A stretch of DNA of 64,000 nucleotides from Felis catus (Eukaryota): NCBI RefSeq assembly GCF_018350175.1, contig NC_058368.1, forward strand, positions 205,718,001 through 205,782,000, read 5' to 3'. Shown here one piece after another: positions 52,663 to 64,000 of the stretch. The notes beneath the pieces were generated by a model. That model worked only from the letters and a program-made list of their open reading frames with translations, had not been told where the DNA came from and did no database searches. Each line of letters begins with the position of its first letter. Position 1 is the stretch's first letter. The position numbers and the translations under genes are program-made.

Positions 52663-53120
52663 TTTTTTTACAATGTCATTTTATTTTTATTTTTTTCAAT
52701 ATATGAAATTTATTGTCAAATTGGTTTCCATACAACACCCAGTGCTCATCCCAAAAGGTGCCCTCCTCACTACCCATCACCCACCCTCCCCTCCCTCCCA
52801 CCCCCCATCAACCCTCAGTTTGTTCTCAGTTTTTAAGAGTCTCTTATGCTTTGGCTCTCTCCCACTCTAACCTCTTTTTTTTTTTCCCTTCCCCTCCCCC
52901 ATGGGTTTCTGTTAAGTTTCTCAGGATCCACATAAGAGTGAAAACATATGGTATCTGTCTTTCTCTGTATGGCTTATTTCACTTAGCATCACACTCTCCA
53001 GTTCCATCCACGTTGCTACAAAGGGCCATATTTCATTCTTTCTCATTGCCACATAGTACTCCATTGTGTATATAAACCACAATTTCTTTATCCATTCATC
53101 AGTTGATGGACATTTAGGCT
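52663..53120 (-). mobile_element. Young felid L1 3' end
   Basis: TSD AAAAAGAATGAAATCTT at 52646-52662 and 53121-53137. Same 3' UTR type as at 23660. Confidence 0.93.
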
Positions 53121-54894
53121 AAAAAGAATGAAATCTTGACACTTGCCATTCACAATGATGTGGATGGAGCTAGAATGTATTATGCTAAATGAAGTAAGTC
53201 AATCAGAGAAAGATAAATACTATATGATTTCACTCATATGTGGAATTTAATAAATAAAACAGATGAATATATGGGAAGTTGGGAAAGAGAAGAGAAGGAG
53301 ACAAACCACATATATCTTAATGATAGAGAACAAACTATGGGTTGACAGAGGAAGGTGGGTAGGAGATGGACTCGATGGGTACTAAGGGGCACTTGTGATG
53401 AGCAGTGGGTGTTCTATGGAAGTGATGAATCACTGAATTCTACTCTTGAAACCAATACTGCACTGTATGTTAAGTAACTAAAATTTAAATAAAAAGAATA
53501 AAGATCTTTAGTATCTCACGGAGGCCAATGATTTTAGGGAAAAATATGTAAAAATACAAAAAATAAAAATACAGTATGATTAGAACCAAAGTAGAGATCT
53601 GCCATGTATAAGCAGTAGGAGGAGTGGACAGAGAAGATTTACCGTAAGAGGCAATGCTGAGGTTGTGTCTCAAGGAATTCGTTTTCTTGGTAGAAAAGGA
53701 AACCCAGGACAATTCCAGGCAGAAGGGTCAGTATGTGCAAAAAGCATCAAGGTGTCAAGTAATAAGGCACATTCATGGAATCGTTAGTTGTCAGACACAA
53801 GGAGACATTTGGAGATGATGTAGAGCAGGTAAGGAGTCGATAAGAATTAGAGGAGAATGAGGCATTTTCAGCGGGAGCTGAAAAAGAAACATTCTGGCAC
53901 CTATGCTTAGGGAACAATTCTGTATTTAAATATGAAATGCCAAATAAGACTTCATATTAGAACAGCTATAAGTCTGGGAAATCCTATATCACTGCATTCT
54001 TTGATCTTTGGAACTGGGACCACTCAGTTCCACTCACTGTATAGGCTCCAGGCAATTCATCTAAGACTTTGGGGACTGGAGATATCTCTCCCAACAGATT
54101 GGTTGCTTAATGTTAATTTAACTTCATTTCCCTGTGCATTAATTTCTCAATATAAAAGAGGCTTTGGATTGGCTTCTCAATCAAATTGGTGATCTCACTC
54201 TGACATTTGGTACAAGGTTCAAATGGGCTTCTTAATACGGAATCCTAGAGTTAGCTTGGCTAACTCTTCGGGACTCTAATTGTTATAACCTGACAGAGAG
54301 GGAAACATAACACATTCTCTGGTAGGACAGGATGTCTGGCAAGAGAAAGGCAAATGCTATATGTGATAGAGTCATTTCTGTGCCCTTAAAGGGAAGAACA
54401 AAAAAGTAGGCATAGAAAGAAGGAAGGAATTCCTCCCCTCAAATAATATCTGCTCAGGTTTCCATAGGACTTGAGTTTTGTCTTTCCACATGATCCTCCA
54501 GAAGACTTAAGTTATACCTTGAATCATGGTTCCCATATCAATCCTGCCATCAAGTTGGACACCAGGATACTGCCTTCATCTTGGCTTTCTTTTCTTGCCT
54601 CCTATTTAAAGTTCCCCTAATTGCCTTTTGGGTTTGTCTCAGCTTTACAACCTGTCAACAAAGCCTAATAGCCAAGTATTGTTCGTAATGGGTAATTTTA
54701 CTCAGTCGTTCTAAGCTCTTATTCCTATTGAGGGAAGATCATGGTATGTGTGATTCATTGTGTGTGAAAAAATGGTTTCCTCTGGCTAGTTGTCATTTAA
54801 CTTTTCTGGTACTCAGAGTTCTTGTTTTTAAAATCTGAGGATTGGACTAGATGATCCTAGGATCCAGGAGGCTATCTTATCTAATGACTCCATA

Positions 54895-55299
54895 GTATGT
54901 TGAAATATTGGCCCCTGTTCTTCATCTCCCCACTCATCCACATGACATAGCCTCATTATGAGCAGAGGATAATTTCCTACTCCTTGATTTTGGAATTGGC
55001 CATGTGACTTGCTGAGAATAGAACAGAGGTACAGTATGCTAGTTCTGAACCTAGTCCTTAAAGATGCCTCTCTCCTGCACTTGTGCCATGATTATGAGAG
55101 TAGCTTCTCTGGGTAGCCTGCCAGTCCCCAGAAGAGGATGAGAGAGATGTGGAGCAGAGCCACCACACAAGCCACTGCTTCCTCATGTGAAGCCTTCTTG
55201 GCCACTTCAAACTTTTAAACAAGAAGTGAGTGTTTATTGTCTGCCACTGAGGTTTTGGTTTATTAAATAGCATTATTATTGGAATACCTAACTGATTCA
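54895..55299 (+). mobile_element. MLT1-type (MaLR) solo LTR
   Basis: ttggccatgtgacttgct, gatgtggagcagagc, gccactgaggttttgg...taactgattca motifs. Confidence 0.7.
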
Positions 55300-56585
55300 G
55301 CCTATATGGCTGTAGTGTTTTCATATAGTAGACTTGATAAATATTGATTGAATGATTCTGTTATTGAGAATTGTCTTCTTGTTTTTGCATGAAGCACAAT
55401 GGTCAATATAAAATTCCCCTTAATTATACATAGAATCCATCTAAACTGCACTGATTAGGGATTCTTAAAAAACACTTTTCTGTAAGAGAAAGTGGAGTAG
55501 CAGTTATTGAGTGCTATACCTTTCAGACATTTCTTAAAGTACTTTTACCCTTGCAACTACACTCAACTGCACCCCTAGTCAGTACCTGTCTGTCATCAGT
55601 CCTTAGAGACACTACTCCACGCTCCCTGCAGAAGCTTCTCAAATGACTATGTAATTTCTCTAGCTGGTTGTATTGGGCCATCCTGACCTAGATCATTTGG
55701 GGGAGAAAAGAGCAGCTGCTGAAGAGATGAAGGTTTTTAATGAGACTCTTTTCACTGGAGTTTTTACAAATTAGGTCAGTTATAATCTGATAAAAGCAGG
55801 AGATAGTCTAGTGGATAATTAGGAAATTGCACTGAGATATAGGACAGCCTCTTCAAAATGACTTTTAATGCCTAGATGAGTTTTTCTGGAGCAAGCTGCA
55901 ATGCTGAGAAATCCCGAGTTCAGAAGTTACTGTGGTATAAGGAGAATGGATCTTAGGTATCATGGACAGGAGAGACCTCTTGATCCTGAGTACCATATAA
56001 GGCTAAGTATCTGAGAAAAGAGGCACCTAATCCTTTGAAGGATCCTTCAGAGAGAACCAGGTAATGTCATAAGCCTTTTAGCAATAAGGATGCAGACTCA
56101 GACGATAAGAAATTGACCCAAATTCTTTCTACTACCCAGTTACACTCTGGTTATTTTTGCCATGCTAATAAAGTATGTTTTTAAAATTGATCATCTGCAA
56201 TAGCCTGTGCATTGTACTAAGAGATGGAAAGATTATTGGTTCTTTTTGAAACTACATCTATTACTACTAGAAAGTGCCATTTCTTGAGTTCTTATTTTGA
56301 ACTAGATAATTTTATCTGTGTTATTTCATTTGATTTTCATAACTTTACTGTAAGGATGATAGTATTATTACCATGTTTCAGATGAGGAAGTAAAGCCCAG
56401 AGAAAAGAAGTAACGTTTCTTCTTGTTCACAGGACCAGGAATATAAAACATAGGCTTTTAGGAGATTTGAGGGAGTTTTTCTCAGGATAACAGGGATAGA
56501 AAAATGATATGTGGTAGATGATATCAGTACATGTGGCATAATATTGGCTAGGAGAGCAAGGCCTTGGCATGAAGGGTGTAGACGA

Positions 56586-56870
56586 CAGAGCTCAACCTTT
56601 TTCTATAAAGGGCTTTGAGGGCCATATGGTCTCTTTTGCAATTACTCTGCCAGTAACATGAAAACAGTCATAGAAATTTGTAAACTAATGGGCATGGATG
56701 CGTTCCAATAAAACCATATATGAACACTCAAATTCAGATTTCTTAATTTTAATATCCTCTTTTGCCTTTTTTTAACCATTTAAAAATATAAAGGTATTCT
56801 TGGCATGCAGACTGTACAAAAACAGGTAGCAGACTAAATTTGTCCTGTGGTCTGTAGTTTGCTGACCCCT
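56586..56870. mobile_element. MER58-type hAT DNA transposon
   Basis: gggccatatggtctc...gttccaataaaac...tagtttgctgacccctg terminus. Confidence 0.78.
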
Positions 56871-57087
56871 GGTCTGGTGTCCAGCAGTACGTATGTATCC
56901 ATATGTATAAGTTTTTATTATTTATTGTAGCAGGAAATGGGAACAACACTGTCACCGAATACTGGTTAAACAGAGAAATCTGTGGAAACCTCATTTTGTA
57001 GCCATCTCAAAAGCAGTGGAAGATTGGAATGTTCAGCATGTTATGTCCCCCAGAATCATCTTTGACCTTTACTAAAAGCCTTGATGA

Positions 57088-57310
57088 GGGGCGCCTGGGT
57101 GGCGCAGTCGGTTAAGCGTCCGACTTCAGCCAGGTCACGATCTCGCGGTCCGTGAGTTCGAGCCCCACGTCCGGCTCTGGGCTGATGGCTGGGAGCCTGG
57201 ATCCTGTTTCCGATTCTGTGTCTCCCTCTCTCTCTGCCCCTCCCCCGTTCATGCTCTGTCTCTCTCTGTCCCAAAAATAAATAAAAAACGTTGAAAAAAA
57301 TTAAAAAAAA
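57088..57310 (+). mobile_element. Young SINEC_Fc-type copy
   Basis: TSD AAAAGCCTTGATGA at 57074-57087 and 57311-57324. Confidence 0.95.
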
Positions 57311-57401
57311 AAAAGCCTTGATGAGAACTTTGGGATTTTCTTAACCTTTCTGTACTTCAGTTTTCTCCTCTGGATAATGTGGGCAATAAGAATACACTCT
57401 C

Positions 57402-57992
57402 TAAGTCAGGTTCCCTGAAACCATCCCCAGGTTCAGCAATTCACTAAGAGGAATCAGAGGACTCATCATTTGGTTATATTCACAGCTGTGACTTACTGTG
57501 GTTGAAAGGATACAAACCAATATCAGGAAAGGGAGAAGGCACGTGGGACCAAGCTAGGAAACCAGGTGCAAGCTTCCATTGGTTCTCTCTCGCCATGTGC
57601 CTTTTCCCTTTCCTGATTTTGGTTTGTATCCTTTCAACCACAGTAAGTCCCACAAGACATGCATAATTCTTTCAGCAATGAGTTAAGACAACACATGTGA
57701 GATGTTGTCAACCAGGGAAGAGCATTAGAGATTCAGGGTTTTTACTGGGGGCTGATCACATAGGCACCCTCTGTCTCGCATGTGTCAAATTCCAGATACC
57801 CAGAAGGAAAGCAGATGTTCAGGGTATCATTCACACAGATAGTTTAGGCATAGTGAACTATTCCTGTCATTTCCGGAAATGGTAGAAAACTCCCTGAAAC
57901 CCAATTCCTAGATGCCAGCTAAGAGAGAAAGTTGTAAGTAGGCCTTTCAAAGGATAGCAATGGGGCCTGTTAAGTTAACTCTTTATTGCGTA
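57402..57992 (-). mobile_element. MER21-type LTR inserted in a MIR, with internal inverted duplication
   Basis: aaaggatacaaaccaa.atcag.aaaggg, cccagaaggaaagcag, ggcctttcaaaggatagca...gttaactcttt motifs. Confidence 0.75.
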
Positions 57993-60314
57993 CTTTCCCA
58001 AAGTGGTGAGGATTACATATGAGTTAACATATTGTTAACATATTGTACTTAAATAATGCTTGGCAGAGAATGAACCTGCCCCCCCCCCGAAAAAAAAACT
58101 GTACATATCACTCTCAGAAGATTAACCAGGAGACAAGAAGGCCTAATTAGAAGGTGTCCTAGGGTTGCAGATAGGGCACATTCTTTCATGGATATATTTT
58201 TGTGGTGTGAATCATTATACACTCATATAAACATATGGGAAAGTGTAGTTAATTTTACCTCTTAAACTGTAGCAATTAAGAATATGCCTTTCCCCAGTAA
58301 TCTATTCAGTGTTATGCCTTATAGGCCAAACAGATACTTAGAGAGGTCCACACACCAGAGACAATGTCATCCTTCTGCTCACTCTCCTTCTGGTAGTGGA
58401 GGATGCTGTTGCTCATGAACTCCTGAAGATTTGAAGAGTTGTTTGAAATTAACAAAGAAGACATTTTGTTGTAAGTTTCCACTGAAGGACTGGAGGGGAT
58501 ATCCAAATCATTGTACAATAGTAAGTGACAAGGTTACCTCTGTGGACTGTTCTGTATGGCTTTCTCTCTACTAAGGATGCCTGAATGCAGAATGGTTCTT
58601 CTATTGGTTCAGTCATTGTATTACTCACAATTGGTACCAAGAAAGGATGATAAATGTGCTATCAGTTTGTACGAAGGAGCAAGTCATTACTTTGTTTTGT
58701 GCTGCAGAAACCCCAGTGATCATAAATTGATTCATTAAAGGCCTAAGATGTCAGAGTTCCTCTTTTATTCTGTTGAGATACTGTTAATCCTCAATTACCC
58801 GCCAGTGCATTTTCCACTTTATGGCTAATTTAGATGCTAATTTTTAACACTGGGCAGAGTTTCTCGTGCCATCCAGAATATTTTCCTTTACGTGGTAATT
58901 TTTTTTAGACAATAAAAATGCTTTAGAGAGCAAAACAGTTAAAAATCTTCTGCATAACGTATCATATAAATTAAGGAGCTAGACATGTTCTTTACACATA
59001 ATAAAATGATTTATCTTTTTATAATGGAGCTGTAACTTAAGATACATATTAGTATCTATAATGAGCAGTTCTTCCTTTTTTTCATCTCCTGAGTATTGAG
59101 GAATTGATACTGAGCTAAAGATCATCAAGTCTCTAATAACCCAATGGTTTTCTGACAAATCCATAACGTTCCAGCCATCACCACTTCTTAGAAAGCAGAG
59201 CCTTAAGCCACGGCAATGTCATCTCTGAAATACAACAATATAGCCTGCCTATTCTGGGATGACAATTCATGGTATTTTTTTTTAAATATAGAAATTACGG
59301 TCTAGATCGTTTTCTTTTTAAGAGTCTGCTTTAATTACTGACAGACTTTTAAAAAATCCCCTTGAGTGAAAACTAAAAATTGCAGCTATTTCTAATTCTG
59401 TCATGTACAGTTTAGTATAGTTTATAAATGTCTTCATCACCTTAAATATCTTACTGAGTTTTGTAGGCCTAGGAGTCTTAAGTCACGAGAAAAATGGCAT
59501 TTAGTTTGACAATGTGGAGAATGAATAATTTACCCAATTTGGGGGCTATACTCTCTTTACCGAGCGGTTTAGAAACCAGACAGGGCAGATTGGATGCAGC
59601 TACTGATACTTACAGAATTAACTGCCTGTTCCTGAAATGTATAGAATGGCAGAAGCATTACAGTTAGAAAAATGGAAAGAGAAACTGCCTCAACAATATA
59701 TCTTTTATAACCAGATAGGGCATCCCTTATGCCATAGGCCTGTAGGAAACTTTAAACTGTGAACTCATTACATTTGGCAACTTAATTTTAAGCAAGAAAT
59801 AGATCCAGATTTTAATTCTGTGCCACTGTTCTGAGATGGGACCAGGGGTTTAGAGTCTTGGTAGTCACGGAACAGAGGAGATGAGATAATCATTAGAGGG
59901 CAATCAGCTACATAGTGGGCAACAGGAAATAAGGCAATATAAAGAGGGAAGGGTATAAGCAAATAAACTATAATTTGCCAACAAACATTTCTATATGTAA
60001 CAGTAGGAAAGACCATCTTTAGTTCTGATAAGCAATCATATTGGTATTTAAGCTTGGTTATGAGTGATTAAGCTCAGTCTCAACCCCAGAACCTTAGTTA
60101 GTGAAGTGGGGAGGGGGGTTTTCATTTACCTTCAAAGATGGGCCTAAGGAATGGTTCTGCCTTTAGTAATTCAACTAGACTCAAGATCAAAATGCTCATT
60201 TTATTAATTCATATAGGTTTGTTACAGGTGTTCATTTAAATTATCCAATTAAAATCTGAATTAGGTTAACTGTAACTTTCAGTATGAATGCACTTTGAAA
60301 CTTGCCTTTACTAG

Positions 60315-60930
60315 AAAGTCCATTCTAGGATACATTCTAAGAATGTATCCTACTGATATGTGTGTACATTTGTAAAGCGATATGTGTATTAGGATGTTTC
60401 AACATTGTTTGCAATAGCAAAACATTGGAAACAACCAAAACACCTATCTGCAGAGATCTTTAAATAACTTATGAACAATGAAATACTCTGCCAGCATTAA
60501 AAAAAAAATAGGATAATTCTATATGTCCAATGTGGAATGATCTTCACAGTATTTTAAATGAAAATTATCATGCATAAATCTGTATTATGTGCAGCCATTT
60601 GTATTCAAGTATATTTTAATGCTTATTTATGAATATATATATATGAATTCATATATGAATATATTCATATAAATATGTATTTACATTCCTATAAATATAG
60701 GAACATATGAATATAAATACATGTATACATATGAATGTAAATACATATTTATATTCATGTTCAAAATCCATAGAACATCTTTGGAAGGATACTTAATAAT
60801 TGGTAACAATCACTGCTTCTTGACAAATGAAAAGGTGTTGAGCACTAGGGATGAGAGGAGGATTTAAATTTCACCTTATATACTATTTTACACCTTTTGA
60901 CTTTTGCAATGTGTGTGTTTTATCTACTGA
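60315..60930 (+). mobile_element. Ancient L1 (L1ME-class) 3' fragment with AT-rich expansion
   Basis: cattgtttgcaatagcaaaacattggaaacaacc, aatgaaatactctgccagcattaaaa motifs. Confidence 0.65.
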
Positions 60931-62199
60931 AAATGTTGTCTTAAAAAATTTACGTGCTTGGGAAGAGCAAATGAATTTGTCTTCTTTTGTCCAGAATACT
61001 TTGTTCATACTATTATTATCACATTTCTCAAATTGTCTCCTACTAAGAATTTTCTGTTGAATTCCCTTGTTAGTTTGTGAGCTCCTTTACCTTATATCTG
61101 TTTCATGCATTTTAACATCAGACCTAACATCTGGCATATGGTAAGGGTTCAATAGTGTTGTATGAATAAATGTATTTTTGTATGACATGATTCACTTTTA
61201 TCTGACTAAAAACTACCTTAGTTTTTACTTTATTATTTTATGATAATCAAATTGCAAACAAATCAATAAATTATATAGTACAAAACGGCTTATATTGTGA
61301 AAAGCAGAAGTCACCTATCCCCATCCAGTTTTGTCCTATAGAGAAAACGACTCTTAACTTCCTTTTTGCTGCATTTTCTGATATTTGCTTCCATACCTCT
61401 AAATAATAATTTTATATTGATGTTTGATGATATTTCCATTTTAGACACCATCTGTTGGCTTTTTGGGATAGTACTTGAGGACTTAACTCCCTTTGCTGAC
61501 TCCTCCTGCCTCCCACCTCCACTCCTATCATCCTCTCATTATGATTATATTGCTATTTTTGGTTAAATCCTAGAATTAATGTGTACATTCCTATGACTAG
61601 ATATCTATTGTTCACTACTAAGCCAAGTAATATACTATGATTATATTTCATGCAGTTTTTTTTCTAAAGCTAAAGGTTGCATTAAAAAATTGTTTTCTTT
61701 ATGCTTATGGCTGTTATGTTCCAGTGCTCACAAAGGCTTGTCACTTGCCTATAATAATTTTTCCAAATGTTCACAGTTCCACATGGTGCATGGGTTTATT
61801 TTTCCCTGGGTACCCCACTCCTTAGCCCTCCAAGCTTCTATCCTAGTGTGGATTGTTCTCTAGATAATATACAGCTATGCCCTGGACTTACTTTTCTGCC
61901 TCTGTGTCGAATTTCCTTTCTCCTGGATTCTAAATCTGTATCTTCTGTGATATAGTTAAAGCCAGTAGTGATACTGAATAGCATTTGTTATGTGCCAGGC
62001 ACTGTTAACATTCATGAACTCACTGAATCCTAATATACTCATGAAGTTAGGTACTATCACCTCCATTTTACTGATGATAAAATTGAGGTGCACAGAGGTT
62101 AAATAGTTTTCTCAGTGGTCCACAGCTGGAAAGTGAAAGGATTCAAACCTAGGATTCTGATTCCAGGATCTATTCCTTAATCAATTTAATATACTGCCT

Positions 62200-63730
62200 C
62201 TTGTTCTCAAAATGTGTCTTCAGTATACATGAAAGGGCATTTAGGAGGGAAACTTTTGAGTCTTTGCATGTCAGAAAATATAATGTATGCTCATGATTGA
62301 CACATTAGCTAGATATAGAAGTCTAAGTTGAAAATCATTTCAACTCAGAATTTTGAAGGTATCGTCTTTTATTTTTTATTATTTAAAAACCTTTTTTAAA
62401 AATTTATTTTGAGGGAGAGGTAGAGAGCAAGCCAGGGAGGGGCAGACAGAGAGGGAAACAGAATGCCAAGGCAGGCTCTGTACAGAGCCCAATGCCAGGC
62501 TTGAACTCATGAACTGAACGGTGAGATCACAACCTGAGTTGAAATCACGAGTTGGACTCTTAACTGACTGAGCCACCTAGGCACCTCTGAAGGCATTGTC
62601 TTTTAGCATCAGTGTTACTTTTGAGAAATAAAATGCCATTTGCCTCTCTGTGTTTTGATCTGTTTATAAATAACCTCTGTAAACTCAGGAAATCCTGTTT
62701 AGCTCTAGTATTTTAAACTCTGATGATACGCTTTCATTCATTCATTTTGCTGGGTAATTGGTAGCCCTTTCAGTCTATAAATTTCTGTTTTTAGCACTCA
62801 GAAATTTCCCTTTATTGCTTCTGTGCTAATTTCCTTCCTGTTCTTTTTGTTTGTTTCTTTATAAAAATCCTATCAGTCTGTGTCCTTAGAGATCCCTTTT
62901 CTCATTTGTTTCTGGTCTCTTTCATGTTTGGAGTTTCATTCGAATATATGGTGATCCTTGGATTCCCAGTCATGCTTAAGAGTGAGACCAGATGAAAGTT
63001 TATTGGAAGTTTGAGAATGATGGTGGTGATGATTTGAATGTGTATTGTAGGGAGCTAAGGGGTACAGCTTATCAATTCTCAGGATTCATTCTAAGGTGAT
63101 CAGATGATAAGCATGTCTGCTCACTGAGGTAGATACCTCCCCAAGTTGTTTTGGGGAAGTATTTTAAGAACATTCTAGGGTTTTATGTGTGTGCATGTGC
63201 ATATGCATGTGTATGTGTGTGTGTGTGTGTGTTCTGCCTGTTTAGGCTTCTAACATTAGGGAAAGTAGGCCAGGAAGGGAACTGGGATTTCCACTGCTTA
63301 GTAGCATTTGCCCACCTTCAATTTCCACCATACATAGGCCCCTATTGGGTCAATTTCTCCTGAGCAAATCTTTGTCCTCCTTCCAGTTTGTGTGAGGAGA
63401 AATCCTTGCCAAGTTGTATGGGATGAAGGAAGATACCCAGTTATATGGGTCTAAGTGCTCTGATTTCTAGATTTTTGACTAATGCTTTCCTCATTTCTAC
63501 CTTGTCTCACTGCATCTCCCATGATACTTGGTGCTTCTAAATCCTATGCTTTTTCAGGCTTCTATGGAAATTGTCTTTACATCTGTATCCTTCAGGCCCT
63601 TGGGTTGCAGCTTCCTCTGCTCTTCTGTCATTCATAAGTTATTTGTTCATCCACCTTTTACCTTCTAGATATGTGTTGATATTTCTTTATTTCCTTTTAC
63701 ATTCTCATTTTTTCCTGTAATTTTTAAATC
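62200..63730 (-). mobile_element. Ancient L1/HAL1-like degraded element
   Basis: gctagatatagaagtctaagttgaaaatcattt...agaattttgaagg ORF1-like antisense motifs; T-rich. Confidence 0.5.
62371..62587 (-). mobile_element. Felid SINEC
   Basis: TSD TGAAGGYATYGTCTTTT at 62354-62370 and 62588-62604. Confidence 0.92.
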
Positions 63731-63819
63731 TCTCTCTCTTTTTTTTTTAATTTGGGGAGGAGGCAACATATTTAATTTGCCATATTTCCTAAGTTTATTC
63801 CACATTGTCCACTAAAAAA

Positions 63820-63926
63820 AATTGAAGTATTGTTGACATACAATGTTACACTGGTTTCAGGTATAGAACATAGTGATTCAACAAGTCTGTACATTATGCT
63901 ATGCTTCCCACACATCAGATATGTGT

Positions 63927-63972
<46 letters not shown>
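63820..63972 (-). mobile_element. Carnivore L1 extreme 3' fragment followed by (TG)n at about 63923-63972
   Basis: attgaagtattgttgacatacaatgttaca...gtttcaggtata...catagtgattcaaca. Confidence 0.7.
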
Positions 63973-63973
<1 letters not shown>

Positions 63974-64000
63974 TGTCTGTTTTAAAGCTCTATGCCCAAT

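Larger units (their letters stand above)
52080..53500 (+). mobile_element. Carnivore L1 3' portion hosting a SINE and an antisense L1 fragment
   Basis: ORF2 end and 3' UTR motifs; ends aaatttaaataaaaa. Confidence 0.88.

Overview
This is mammalian genomic DNA, almost certainly from a cat-family (felid) genome, judging by the tRNA-derived carnivore SINEC elements and felid-type LINE-1s. It holds about 12.5 kb of upstream DNA, then the CpG-island promoter and first coding exon of PLCXD3 (+ strand, CDS 12687-12789, MASSQGKSELKFADWMATLPDSIHSIPLTNLAIP-G, phase-1 GT donor), then about 51 kb of intron 1. I did not recognise exon 2 in the window. The rest is mainly transposon relics: many SINEC copies (most with readable target-site duplications, TSDs), L1 fragments, LTRs (MLT2, MLT1, MER21-like), MER5/MER58 DNA transposons, MIR and L2. 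The dominant structure is a ~16.5-kb nested L1 stack (22.6-39.1 kb) that splits an L2 element and contains a TSD-flanked full-length but inactivated felid L1 with two 3' ends. Most ORFs in the supplied track are L1 remnants or chance ORFs. I see no credible new gene system. The most notable structural observations are a 57-bp-stem inverted duplication in an LTR, a TSD-bounded L1 3' transduction, the double-3'-end L1, a target site reused by two SINEs, and young SINE variants that cluster by position. Repeat family names come from recalled consensus motifs, not from a database search, and old-repeat boundaries are approximate.
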